Below, in pieces: positions 29,160 to 39,490 of a DNA stretch of 41,383 bases. Under the pieces are notes generated by a model. The model was not told the origin of the DNA, ran no database searches, and saw nothing but the letters and a program-made list of their open reading frames with translations. Positions within the stretch are counted from its first letter, which is position 1, and each line of letters starts with the position of its first letter. The DNA is taken from IMG/VR virus record IMGVR_UViG_3300026549_000014, positions 1-41,383 of that record; one strand, 5' to 3'. Source of the DNA: a virus. The position numbers and the translations under genes were made by a program.

Positions 29160-30680
29160 ATGGCATCCAGCAAATCTTCTAGTTCAACTAAATCCGGGAG
29201 CTCGACATCCTCCTATACAAAGGGAGGGAGCACAACAAACGGGGCAAGCACCTCTCAGGGAGCAAGCACTTCCCAGACAGTAGGTTCTTCCTCTTCGTCT
29301 GGCGGCTCTTCCACCGTAGGCGGCAGCTCTTCTCATACCGAGAGCGATACCTATTCCCAGTCCCATACCAGCAGTGCGTCCATCGGCGGGAGTACGTCGC
29401 AGTCCCAGTCCTCGTCCCTGGGCGGCAGCGCGTCTCAGTCCCAGTCCTCATCTCTGGGCGGGAGCACTGGCCAGACCACAGGAAAGTCGTGGTCGTCTGG
29501 GCAGGTATCTGATGAGACACAGGCACAGCGTGAGAGATGGCAGCAGGACTACGTGCCATCTCAGCAGGTACAGGATACGTATAAGCGCCTGCAGGACACG
29601 CTAAACAGTAAGCCCGGGGCCTTTTCCTCGTCCTACACAAACCAGCTCGACAGCCTGTACAGCCAGATTCTCAATCGCAAGGCGTTTTCGTACAATCCGA
29701 ACGCCGATGCGATGTATCAGGCGCTGAAGCAGCAGTACCAGACGCAGGGCAAGCAGGCCATGCAGGACACTATGGGGCAGGCGGCAAAGCTGACCGGAGG
29801 ATACAGCTCCAGCTATGCACAGACAGCCGCACAGCAGACCTATCAGAACTATCTGACGCAGCTTGCTAATCAGGTACCATCCCTGCGTAATCAGGCATAT
29901 CAGGAGTACACAGACGAGGGCAACAGGCTCAACAACCTGTACTCCCTTGCCGGTCAGCAGTACAACCGCGACTACCAGAACTACCGGGATGCAATGTCCG
30001 ACTGGCAGAACAACCGCGCTTACGATACCTCCGCGTATCAGGATGAGCGGAACTTCGACTATCAGAACTATGCTGGCAACCGGCAGTACTGGAATCAGGA
30101 ATACTGGAACGAGCGCAATGCCGAGCAGAGCAACGCTTCCAACAGTAAGGCTAATAACTGGAGCAACACTATCGGGAATGAGCAGTCCCAGAACTGGTCC
30201 ACCAGCCGGAGCAACAGCCAGAGCAATAACTGGAGCAAGAGCGAGAGCGACACGAACAGCCACAGCCATACCACGAGCGATACGAATACCAGTAACTGGA
30301 GCAACACAAGTAACTGGAACAATTCCATCAGCCAGCAGGCGACGGCGGCACAGAATGCGCAGGCAACCAACTCCTTGTCCAACACGGATAATTGGAACTC
30401 TTCCCTGTCCAACACCAATGCGTGGAGCAACACGAACAGCTCCTCCATTTCCTCCGGATCCGGGAGTTCCAAGTCCTCCAAGAGCTCTTCTTCCGTGGCA
30501 TCATCGACGCCGAGCTATATGTCCGACGCACAGCTTCAGAAGATGGAGCAGCAGCTTGAAGGCAAGAGCCCGGAGGATATCCAGAAATACTTCGATACGT
30601 TGTATGCTGCGCAGACCAAGGACTCCGACAGGAAACGAATCATCCAGCAGGCACAGTACTTCGGTTATAACAAAAAGTAA
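29160..30680 (+). CDS. S/N/Q/Y-rich low-complexity protein (506 aa), probable virion internal/ejection or tail-associated protein
   Basis: RBS AGGAGG. Ser-rich N-terminus with a duplicated SQSQSSSLGGS. A Q/Y-rich core (MQDTMGQAAKLTGGYSSSYAQTAAQQTYQNYL). A C-terminal region with about 8 NW(S/N) repeats. Confidence 0.75.
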   Translation: MASSKSSSSTKSGSSTSSYTKGGSTTNGASTSQGASTSQTVGSSSSSGGSSTVGGSSSHTESDTYSQSHTSSASIGGSTSQSQSSSLGGSASQSQSSSLGGSTGQTTGKSWSSGQVSDETQAQRERWQQDYVPSQQVQDTYKRLQDTLNSKPGAFSSSYTNQLDSLYSQILNRKAFSYNPNADAMYQALKQQYQTQGKQAMQDTMGQAAKLTGGYSSSYAQTAAQQTYQNYLTQLANQVPSLRNQAYQEYTDEGNRLNNLYSLAGQQYNRDYQNYRDAMSDWQNNRAYDTSAYQDERNFDYQNYAGNRQYWNQEYWNERNAEQSNASNSKANNWSNTIGNEQSQNWSTSRSNSQSNNWSKSESDTNSHSHTTSDTNTSNWSNTSNWNNSISQQATAAQNAQATNSLSNTDNWNSSLSNTNAWSNTNSSSISSGSGSSKSSKSSSSVASSTPSYMSDAQLQKMEQQLEGKSPEDIQKYFDTLYAAQTKDSDRKRIIQQAQYFGYNKK

Positions 30681-30688
30681 GGAGAGCT

Positions 30689-33600
30689 ATGGGGACAAAG
30701 TTTGATGACGACGAGGAGCGCCGCAGAAAGCAGCAACAGGAAAGATTGAAGGCGCAGGAAGATGCGCGCAAGGCAGATCAGGCAGAGGCGGCACGGCAGG
30801 CGGCCAATCTGCGCATGCAGAAGAACGCCATGCACTCTGAGGAGCGCATCTCCGATGAGAACGACAACACCGCGCACTTTGCTCCGAAGGCCATTGACAA
30901 GAAGACCCATCAGGTCACGTCCGGAGGTCAGATCAACGACAACTTCTCCGGATACATCGACTACAACGAGGCCGCAAAGCATGTCACCGCTGATCAGGTA
31001 CAGGCTGCGCACGAAACGCTTTCCGACATCCTCGGGTCTTCACATAGCTCCAAGAAGTATAAGGCATACTTCGGAGACAGCTATATTGACACGCAGAAGC
31101 AGTCCATGCACTCCGAGGATACGGCCTTCCTTGCCAAGGATAACCCTGCTGATACCTCCCTGCAGGCCGCTTACGACTCTGCGGTAAAGTCCCTCAAGTC
31201 CAAGAAAGAGCTCTCCATGAATGGGGAGGGCAATGCCTACAACCTCATGAGCTGGGACAATCCTACGACCCAGACGAGCATGAAGGGTGCATACAACCCG
31301 TTCAAAGACCAGAATGGCTCTATGGAGGACTACTATGCCGATCAGTACAAGCAGGCACAGCAGAACTACAACTACGTCCCCAACGCCCTGCAGAACGCTA
31401 TTGCTTCCGTTTCTCCCTTCGTGAATCCTGTGACAGGGCAGAAGCAGGCGACCGATCAGGACGTCTTCGCGGCCACACAGGCGCGGATGAATGCCTCTCC
31501 GGAGGACCAGTACGCCTATCAGGTAGCGAACCGGCGAAACGACTCCACCGGGTGGCAGACCGGACAGCTATCCGATGCGGACAAAGCTGAACTGCAGAGA
31601 TACCAGAACGCCATCGATGCGGCAAGCAAGGACAAGAATGCTCCGACGCTGAACCCCTATGAGACATACCGGTATCACAACCTCGTGTATGGCTCCCTGA
31701 CTGATGCACAGCGCAAGGCTGTAGACAACTACCAGACTGCCTACGATGAGTACCAGGGGGCTCAGTCTGACCTCAAAAACGGGGCTTCTGATGCGGATGC
31801 AGAGGCAAACTATGCCTCCATCGGTCTGACATCCAACCGGAAGGATAATGCTACCCTCCGGGCCAACGTGGTGTCGGCAAAGCAGAAGGTGGAACAGGCG
31901 CGCAACTCCATGCGGGCAGCAGGGCTCACGGATGAGCAGATCAATAAGTTCGTCGGATCCGATGACACGGACAAAACCTACAAGAACTCCTATCTTGGTT
32001 ACAACAGGAGCTATAAGGACTATCTGGACACGCAGGACGAGGCCAAACAGGTCACGGGCAGGAATGATGCCTGGGGCCTTTATAATCGTGCCGCGTCCGC
32101 TGTCGTGTCTTCTGCGGTCTCCCCGATTACCAACATTGGGTCCTTCGTCAACTCGCTTGGGGCAAAGTCTGCCGACCCCGGAACCTCAAAGAATGTCTAC
32201 GGCAACAAACTGAACAATGCCATGGACGCTTACAGAGCCGGAAACTCTGCGTATATGGGGAAGACTTACGGCAAGGCCGGAGAGTTCCTGTACAATGCCG
32301 CGCAGTCCGCCGGGGACTCGTTTGTCAATGGCATGATCATGGGCCCTGTCGCAAACAAGGTCTCCGGAGCCGCCGGAAAGATTCTTGGGAACGGAACGAA
32401 GGCTGCCTATGTGGTTGATAAGCTGAGCAATCTTGTGGGCTCCTCTGCCTTTGGCGCTGGAGCTTATGCGGACCGCATCAGAGAAGGCCAGGAGCGCGGA
32501 CAGAGTGCCGCCGGAACACAGGCTGCAGCTGTCGGTGCGGGCCTTGCGGAGATGGTGACTGAGGCGTGGTCTCTGGATTCCTTCACCGACATCCTCACGA
32601 AAAAGGGCGCAGCAGCCATGCGCAATACCCTTTCCAACATCCTCGTGCAGGCAGGCGTAGAGGGATCCGAGGAAGCCGCTGGCGATATCATGAACCGCGT
32701 GATCGACGACGCGGCTAATGGCAAGAACTCCGAGTACAGGCAGGCTGTGTCTGCATACCAGAAGCAGGGCATGACCGAGAAGCAGGCGAAGAAGAAGGCC
32801 AACGTGGACTTCCTCTCCGATACTCTGCAGGATGCACTGGCCGGTGCTCTGTCCGGTGGCGTGCTGGGCGGAGGTGCGCATGTCATGAACAACATGCAGA
32901 CCGCACAGCAGGCACAGACCGAGACCGCAGGGTATACCTCCGAGGACTTCCGGAACACCGCGGAGAGCTACAAGAAAGCCTCCGAGGGGATGACCGATAC
33001 TGGCGCACAGAAGTACTACAACGACGCAGCCAAGGCGGCAAACGATATCGCAGACCGCATGGACTCCGGGAAAAAGGTGAGCTCCTCCCTGTACTCCAAA
33101 CTGTACAACTCTGCCTATGAGGCGGAAGGAATCGAGAGCGAGAACCGGAAGCCTTCCGAGGAAAAGCAGGAGGTCACTCCGGACGATCAGGTCCACTTTA
33201 CTGTCCCCGAGGGAGCAAAGACGGTCGAGGAGGCCCTCAACTCTGGGGAGTCTGCACAGGAAAAAGTGAACAACATGGACCGGATCTTTGCGCGCAAGTC
33301 CAATAACATGGGCGCAGGGAATGTCCATGCCGCGATGCAGAGCGCACAGACCGCGCAAGAGCTCGTGGCCGCAAAGCGTGAAGCCGATATGTCCACTGAT
33401 GCCTCCGCACGCGATATCTCCGAGGCTTACTACAACCTGTACCAGGGACGCATGATCCAGAACGGACAGGCGACAGCAGAGGATTTCCAGAAGGCAGAGG
33501 CCTCCCCCACCATGCAGGAGGTTTATCAGGCCGCGAAGGAAGGCCATGCGCTCAACATCTCGGAGTCTGACCCCATGGATCTCCGGATGGCACAGAATGC

Positions 33601-36600
33601 GGGCAAACAGGCCAACATCCTGCTCAACTCGAACAGCGTGCTGGAGAATCAGGATCTTTCCAACGTGCAGATCCATCCTGCCACACAGAAGTCCGAGGCA
33701 TACGCAACCATCGACGGCAAGGACTACAGCCTCGACTCCCTCAACGATACAATCCAGAACCGGGCTTTACGTGTCCGCGTGGCCGGTGCAAGTCAGCAGT
33801 CCACGCAGGAGCTGGCAGACCTGTATCTCAAAGACGCGCCTCAGGGGATGAGCGAGGGGAGATGGAATACCACCTTCTCAACTCTGGAGGCTGGCGGAAG
33901 CGCAGGCAGAAACTTCGACGAGGCTTACAAGGCCATCGGCGGGTCTGCGGCCATGGTTGACGCTGACACTGCACGGCAGATCTACAATGCCGGGGCTGCG
34001 GCTGCACAGGCGCAGATCTCTGAGAATGTGAAGCGCTCCGGACAGTCTGTGGCGCGATATGGCACCGGATCCGTGATTGACTCCCGCAAGAACAGCAAGG
34101 AAGCCCTTCCCTATATGCCTGTCGTTGAAGCCATGGCCAAGGCTACGGGGGTGGATTTCTACCTCTCTGATGACGCCCCGAGCAATATCAACGGCACCTT
34201 TGACCGGGCGATGTCCCGCGTCATGATCAATACCAACAACTCCGACGCTGTGCTCAATACCCTGTTCCATGAAGGCATGGGCGAGTACATGCAGGCGTAC
34301 AATCCGGAAGGCTACAAGAGCGTCCAGAAGCTGGTATCTGACTACCTCGTAGATACGGACGGCCTCAAGAATGTTGCCGCAATCGGAAAGAAGTATCAGA
34401 GAGCATATCAGGCCGTGGAGGGAACCAAGTCCTTCTACGATGCCATGAGCGAGGCCGTGAACGACTCTATCGCAGGCATGTTCTCCACGGATGAGGGCAT
34501 CAAGCAGTTCACGGACTGGACCTACAAGCACGACAGCAGTCCCAAGTCTGCCCTGCAGAATGTCGCGGACTACTTCAAGCGCATCGGCGAGGCGTTCCAT
34601 AACCTCATCACGACCGGGCATCTCTCTGGCACTTCCCAGAGGACGGCACGGATGGCAGAGGATAGGGCAAGCCATATCCGGCAGATTATCCTTGACGAGA
34701 TGGACAAGGCTGTGGAGAACTCTAAAGCCGTCAGCGTTGATGAGAGTGCAAAGAGCGGAGTAGCATACTCCCTGGCTTCAAACGAGGAACAGACAGATAA
34801 GACGGAAAAACCTACAGAGCACCCGAGTGAATACTCCGATCTCCGCCATTCTCTGAATGACATCGGAGATGATGACTTCTTCTCCACTATGGGTACTGAG
34901 GAGAACCCAGACGATCCTGACGTAAAGCGCCGGCACGAGCTCATGGCTGAAGCTGAGAAAGCCCTCTCTGATGTGCATGTAGACGACAAGTATCTCAAGG
35001 TAACGGCCAAGGGGATCATTGACAGCTTTGGGTCCAGCTACGACAGCAAGACTCTTGCCGAGAACCTGCGCAAGGTGTTCTCCTATGCCAAGACGCACGA
35101 GGGATTCATGGGTTCCTCTGACTATGAGGGGATCATGGACGACGTGCTCCGGCCTGTGATGGAGGCATCCGAGCAGACAGACGACACCCAGCTCCGTCAC
35201 GTAAAGGAGATCATGGCCGCGCATCCGTTCCATCTCACTGCAGACCAGATGGCCATGGTGAGTGATGACTACCGCGGATGGAAGGCGCAGTATCCGGAGC
35301 TCAAAGTATCCAAGAACGCACCTTCTACGCTGGACCAGCAGTTCAGTGAGATCGCGGACCAGCTCCGGCAGGCAGGCATTGCGGATCTTGATGAATCAGC
35401 CAACGAGACGGACCAGCTCACGGAACTGTTGGATGCCATCGACTCTGCGCAGCCTATCTCCCTGTATGCCTTCTCCAACGAGGAAGACGCACAGCAGGCT
35501 GTAAAAGATATGGCCGATACCGTAATGACGTCCTATCTGTCTGCTGCAGAGGCTGACGCGCAGGGGCAGGCGCTCGTGCGGATCCGGACGGCCAGAGACC
35601 GAATCATCGACGAGGGCAAGGCGCGCAGAAAGAAAGCAAGCCAGGATTATCAGGCAAGACTTTCCGCTGCTCGCAAGGACATCGCAAAGTCCAACCGCAG
35701 TTTCAAAGGACAGGGCCTTTCCAACGATGAGAACGTCAAGCGCTTAACCAGCGCCGCAGAGAGCCTGGAGGCACAGGCAAAGGAACTCAGGTCTCAGGCG
35801 CTTTCCTCCGATGCAAAGACCGACCAGGCAAAGCTGGCAACCCTCAATGCCAAGGAGAAAGCGTCCGCTGATAAGGCCGCACTTATGCAGAGAATGAGAG
35901 AACAGAGGGCGGCAGCACTGGAGAGGCAGGCACAGCAGTACCGACAGACCGTAGCGAGACTCAAGACACAGTACCACTCCAAGGCGGAGCAGCTTGCGCT
36001 TACCAAGGCCAAGAACACAGAGAAGTGGAAGAACTACCGCGAGAAGCAGGCGCGCAATGCAGAACTGGAGAAAATCACCAAGAGCTACGACAGCCTGTAC
36101 AAGCAGCTCATGCATCCCACGGACGAGAAACACATTCCGGAGGAGTTCAAGTCCGCTGTAGCAGAGTTCCTGGACTCCATCAACATGATCCGGCCCGACA
36201 TCCGGTACGATAACAAGAGCGGAGTGTACCGCCTCCGTATCTGGGACGGTACCTTCGAGAAGGACGGGAAGGCGCACTACACGGAGAGCGGATATTCCAC
36301 CTATAACGAGGCATACCAGGCGTTCTATCGGTATGTCTTCGAGGATAACGGCACTCTCTCCTCCAAGAACGCGACCATCCGGGCGAAGATGCAGGGAGTG
36401 CGCGATCTGTACGAGCAGGCAGCAAAGGAAGATGAGGCAGAGAATATCTCTCAGCTCCTCGACCCGGATCTGTATGAACGCCTCAAGACACTCTCGAGCA
36501 GGAATGTAGCCGCACTGAGCAGTGATGAGCTGCACACGATCTCCCTTGCCCTGCAGAACATCCAGCATGCGGTAAACAACGAGAACGAGCTGTTCAGACA

Positions 36601-39427
36601 GTCGCAGAGCCCGAAGGCAATCTATGAATCCATCCGGGATCACGCAGACAGTGTGCATGGCAGGCAGTCCCATCGGCCCGGAACGGACAAACTTCTCGAT
36701 TTTTTATCACTCGACAACGCTACCCCGGAGACCGTGTTCCACGGTCTGGGCAAGGGTGGAGACTCCGTTTTCAAGGAGTTTGTTAAGGCTAACAATATGA
36801 AGAGCCGAGACCTCCGCACCGCTCAGGAGTACATGATCGGGGACGGGAGCACAGACCACGGCGTTTACAAGTCCGGCGCGCTGAAGGGCGTGAGCCAGAA
36901 ACAGCTCCAGGAATGGTCCACAAAGTCGATCACTGTACACGGTAACATCCGTATGACCTACGGCCAGATCATGGGCCTGTATGAGCTTGCAAAGCGGCAG
37001 CAGGCTATGCTCCACACAGTGGGAGGCATCTCCATTGATAACTTCCTCGATGAGCGCCACAAAAAGGTCACGCAGGGCAGAGCATACCTGTCCGCCTCCG
37101 AGATCCAGGCTATCGTGGACAGCAATCTTACAACACAACAGAAGCAGGTCGCGGATGCCATGCAGAAGTTTATGGCGCAGGAGTGCTCCTCCTGGGGGAA
37201 CGAAGCGTCCATGCTGATGTATGGGTATAAGAAGTTCAACGAGGAGAACTACTACCCGATCACGGTGGACAAGAAGGTACTCTCCACAAAGAACGCTGAT
37301 GTTGCACAGGCCGCAGTAAACGCCATCAAGAACATGGGGATGACAAAAGCAGTTGTTCCCAACGCCAGCAATCCTCTCGTGGTTAAGGACATTTTTGATG
37401 TGTACACAAACCACGTCGCGGACATGGCCACCTACCACAGCTATGCCGCTCCACTCGCTGACCTTCTCCGAGTGCTGAACTACAAGGAAGTCGTGGAGCG
37501 GGGTGGGTACAAGAACTACGATACGGTAAAGGATGCCATTACCAAGATTTACGGCGACGGAGGGGTACGGTACATCACGAATTTCATCACCGACATCAAC
37601 GGCCGAGAGCGGAGCAGCTACATCAATCCGCTCGGGTGGCTTACGAGCAACTACAAGGCCGCCGCGGTCGGATGGAATCTTCGCGTTGTGCGGCAGCAGC
37701 CCACGGCAATATTCCGGGCGGCTGACGTGATCTCTCCCAAGTACCTCATGGAGGGCCAGATTCTCAATAAGGATGCCATGGAGATGCAGGATCGCACCTC
37801 CGATATGACATGGGAGAAGAAGCAGGGCAACGTGGACGGCTACATCTATAAGTCCATGAAGCAGACACTGACCGGGGCAGCTACCCCTGTAGAAAAGCTC
37901 CGGAACGCATCGATGTCCCTTGCCGGGAAGGCCGATGACTTCACCTGGAGGCGTATCTATAATGCAGCCTATCTGGAACAGAGAGACAAGTTCCGGAAGG
38001 AAGGCAAGGCCACATCCGGCAAGGCATTCGAGGATGCTGTGAATGACCGGTTCGATGAGATCATCGTGCGGACACAGGTCACAGACGCGACGATTCTGCG
38101 CTCTCAGTTCATGCGGAGCAAGGATACCTTGAACCAAATCCAGAGCGCGTTTATGGCAGAGCCTACAAAGTCCTACAACATGTTCTTGCGGGCTGCCATG
38201 GATGCGGTACAGCAGTCCAACGGAAAATGGATTGCCGGCAAAGTGCTATGGGGAATGAAGAAGGCCGCGGCGGTCTACCTCGTGACACAGATCTTCACAG
38301 CCCTTGCCCAGTCCTCTGTGGACTGGATCCGCAAAGATCCGGAAGACGGAGAAGACGTGGCAGAGTTCATGCTCCGGGTCTACAAGGACAACTTCTTTGA
38401 TGACCTGAATCCCCTGAACCTCGTTCCGATCCTGAAGGACGCTTCCAACTCTATCCAGTCACTCATCTCGTGGGCGAAGGGAGAGCCTACATACTCGGAT
38501 GACAGCCGCATGGATATCGCATCGCTCAATACGGCGATCAAGGCCGTGGAGAACACTGCAAAGGCAATCATGGGAAAAGGCACGGTCTATGGCGCCCTTT
38601 ACTCCGATATCAAGGCCTTATCTCAGATCATCGGAATTCCTGCCGCCAATCTGATACGAGATGTGACAGCAGTAAGAAACAAGCTGAACAACATCCAGAG
38701 CGTGCATGATCTCATCGGCGGAGACTGGAAAACCACAATGCCTTCGCAGAAAGAGAAGATCCTCGACGCATACAAGTATGGAGATCTCGGAGACCTGGCA
38801 TCCAGAATTGTTGACAGCAAGACGGCAGACGCGCTTGCAGATAACGCCGACGATATCAAGGAGGGAAACATCGAGAAGGCCGCAGTGGAGAAGCAGGCAA
38901 GGTCCGAAGCGCTCACGACTATCCTTGGCTCGTTCAAGAAGCAGTACCAGGCGGCAGACGATGCTACCCGGAAGGAGATGAAGGATAAGCTCACCTCCCA
39001 GCTCAAGAGCGCAGGATTCAGTGAGGAGGCCATCGACGAAAAGCTCGGCAACTGGACCGATGTAAAGCTCAAGAAGGACGCGAACGGCTATAAGAACATC
39101 GACCCTGTGACCGGAGAGAAGACCTCCGTGGGCGATGTCTTCAAGACGATCCGCACAGGATCCGGAGACTACAAGAAGGAAATCGACAAGGCCATAAAAG
39201 CAGGCAAGACCTACAAACAGATTGAAACCGACATCACAAGTGCCTTTAAGGCTCAGTACCTTGCGGACTACCAGAAGAGCCCGTCCTCGGTATCACAGCT
39301 CAAAAACAGGCTTGCCGCAGTGTACAAGTACCTCGACGACCAGGAGATTAAAGAGGGGACGCAGCAAAAGGAGACGACATCCAGACAGTGGCTGGATGAT
39401 CCAGCAGCCTACCTCAAAAGCCATTGA
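30689..39427 (+). CDS. Giant 2912-aa protein (about 21 percent of the genome), probable multi-domain virion/ejection protein
   Basis: A single uninterrupted frame with RBS AAGGAGAG. Contains a Gly/Ala-rich hydrophobic segment (about nt 32270-32900) and a long K/R/Q/A coiled coil (about nt 35570-36110). Terminator downstream. Confidence 0.85.
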   Translation: MGTKFDDDEERRRKQQQERLKAQEDARKADQAEAARQAANLRMQKNAMHSEERISDENDNTAHFAPKAIDKKTHQVTSGGQINDNFSGYIDYNEAAKHVTADQVQAAHETLSDILGSSHSSKKYKAYFGDSYIDTQKQSMHSEDTAFLAKDNPADTSLQAAYDSAVKSLKSKKELSMNGEGNAYNLMSWDNPTTQTSMKGAYNPFKDQNGSMEDYYADQYKQAQQNYNYVPNALQNAIASVSPFVNPVTGQKQATDQDVFAATQARMNASPEDQYAYQVANRRNDSTGWQTGQLSDADKAELQRYQNAIDAASKDKNAPTLNPYETYRYHNLVYGSLTDAQRKAVDNYQTAYDEYQGAQSDLKNGASDADAEANYASIGLTSNRKDNATLRANVVSAKQKVEQARNSMRAAGLTDEQINKFVGSDDTDKTYKNSYLGYNRSYKDYLDTQDEAKQVTGRNDAWGLYNRAASAVVSSAVSPITNIGSFVNSLGAKSADPGTSKNVYGNKLNNAMDAYRAGNSAYMGKTYGKAGEFLYNAAQSAGDSFVNGMIMGPVANKVSGAAGKILGNGTKAAYVVDKLSNLVGSSAFGAGAYADRIREGQERGQSAAGTQAAAVGAGLAEMVTEAWSLDSFTDILTKKGAAAMRNTLSNILVQAGVEGSEEAAGDIMNRVIDDAANGKNSEYRQAVSAYQKQGMTEKQAKKKANVDFLSDTLQDALAGALSGGVLGGGAHVMNNMQTAQQAQTETAGYTSEDFRNTAESYKKASEGMTDTGAQKYYNDAAKAANDIADRMDSGKKVSSSLYSKLYNSAYEAEGIESENRKPSEEKQEVTPDDQVHFTVPEGAKTVEEALNSGESAQEKVNNMDRIFARKSNNMGAGNVHAAMQSAQTAQELVAAKREADMSTDASARDISEAYYNLYQGRMIQNGQATAEDFQKAEASPTMQEVYQAAKEGHALNISESDPMDLRMAQNAGKQANILLNSNSVLENQDLSNVQIHPATQKSEAYATIDGKDYSLDSLNDTIQNRALRVRVAGASQQSTQELADLYLKDAPQGMSEGRWNTTFSTLEAGGSAGRNFDEAYKAIGGSAAMVDADTARQIYNAGAAAAQAQISENVKRSGQSVARYGTGSVIDSRKNSKEALPYMPVVEAMAKATGVDFYLSDDAPSNINGTFDRAMSRVMINTNNSDAVLNTLFHEGMGEYMQAYNPEGYKSVQKLVSDYLVDTDGLKNVAAIGKKYQRAYQAVEGTKSFYDAMSEAVNDSIAGMFSTDEGIKQFTDWTYKHDSSPKSALQNVADYFKRIGEAFHNLITTGHLSGTSQRTARMAEDRASHIRQIILDEMDKAVENSKAVSVDESAKSGVAYSLASNEEQTDKTEKPTEHPSEYSDLRHSLNDIGDDDFFSTMGTEENPDDPDVKRRHELMAEAEKALSDVHVDDKYLKVTAKGIIDSFGSSYDSKTLAENLRKVFSYAKTHEGFMGSSDYEGIMDDVLRPVMEASEQTDDTQLRHVKEIMAAHPFHLTADQMAMVSDDYRGWKAQYPELKVSKNAPSTLDQQFSEIADQLRQAGIADLDESANETDQLTELLDAIDSAQPISLYAFSNEEDAQQAVKDMADTVMTSYLSAAEADAQGQALVRIRTARDRIIDEGKARRKKASQDYQARLSAARKDIAKSNRSFKGQGLSNDENVKRLTSAAESLEAQAKELRSQALSSDAKTDQAKLATLNAKEKASADKAALMQRMREQRAAALERQAQQYRQTVARLKTQYHSKAEQLALTKAKNTEKWKNYREKQARNAELEKITKSYDSLYKQLMHPTDEKHIPEEFKSAVAEFLDSINMIRPDIRYDNKSGVYRLRIWDGTFEKDGKAHYTESGYSTYNEAYQAFYRYVFEDNGTLSSKNATIRAKMQGVRDLYEQAAKEDEAENISQLLDPDLYERLKTLSSRNVAALSSDELHTISLALQNIQHAVNNENELFRQSQSPKAIYESIRDHADSVHGRQSHRPGTDKLLDFLSLDNATPETVFHGLGKGGDSVFKEFVKANNMKSRDLRTAQEYMIGDGSTDHGVYKSGALKGVSQKQLQEWSTKSITVHGNIRMTYGQIMGLYELAKRQQAMLHTVGGISIDNFLDERHKKVTQGRAYLSASEIQAIVDSNLTTQQKQVADAMQKFMAQECSSWGNEASMLMYGYKKFNEENYYPITVDKKVLSTKNADVAQAAVNAIKNMGMTKAVVPNASNPLVVKDIFDVYTNHVADMATYHSYAAPLADLLRVLNYKEVVERGGYKNYDTVKDAITKIYGDGGVRYITNFITDINGRERSSYINPLGWLTSNYKAAAVGWNLRVVRQQPTAIFRAADVISPKYLMEGQILNKDAMEMQDRTSDMTWEKKQGNVDGYIYKSMKQTLTGAATPVEKLRNASMSLAGKADDFTWRRIYNAAYLEQRDKFRKEGKATSGKAFEDAVNDRFDEIIVRTQVTDATILRSQFMRSKDTLNQIQSAFMAEPTKSYNMFLRAAMDAVQQSNGKWIAGKVLWGMKKAAAVYLVTQIFTALAQSSVDWIRKDPEDGEDVAEFMLRVYKDNFFDDLNPLNLVPILKDASNSIQSLISWAKGEPTYSDDSRMDIASLNTAIKAVENTAKAIMGKGTVYGALYSDIKALSQIIGIPAANLIRDVTAVRNKLNNIQSVHDLIGGDWKTTMPSQKEKILDAYKYGDLGDLASRIVDSKTADALADNADDIKEGNIEKAAVEKQARSEALTTILGSFKKQYQAADDATRKEMKDKLTSQLKSAGFSEEAIDEKLGNWTDVKLKKDANGYKNIDPVTGEKTSVGDVFKTIRTGSGDYKKEIDKAIKAGKTYKQIETDITSAFKAQYLADYQKSPSSVSQLKNRLAAVYKYLDDQEIKEGTQQKETTSRQWLDDPAAYLKSH

Positions 39428-39431
39428 ACAG

Positions 39432-39462
39432 ACGGTGCCCTATATCCGTGGCACCGTTTTTT
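39432..39462 (+). terminator. Rho-independent terminator after the giant gene
   Basis: ACGGTGCC (39432-39439) pairs with GGCACCGT (39450-39457), followed by TTTTT. Confidence 0.8.
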
Positions 39463-39490
39463 GTACGATATCACCTAAGGAGAAAACACT

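Noticed and set aside
32186-33676. 496-aa minus-strand ORF, plus similar ones at 36707-38137, 35744-36673, 33878-34675, 15845-16630, 17257-18096, 19720-20574 and 20492-21427
   Set aside because: All run antisense to strongly supported + strand genes. They are rich in R/L/G/H/C as expected from antisense GC-rich codons, and none has an RBS.
34268-34285. HEGMGE in the giant protein (..VMINTNNSDAVLNTLFHEGMGEYMQ) considered as a zincin metalloprotease active site
   Set aside because: The strand-then-helix context resembles zincins, but the second His of HExxH is absent (HEGMGE). I cannot support a protease call without a profile or structure search.
37592-37606. DINGR in the giant protein considered as the T/DxxGR motif of N4-like virion RNA polymerases
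   Set aside because: I could not find the accompanying motif B (RxxxKxxxxxxxYG) or motif C acidic residues in the appropriate order. A five-residue match is expected by chance in 2912 aa.
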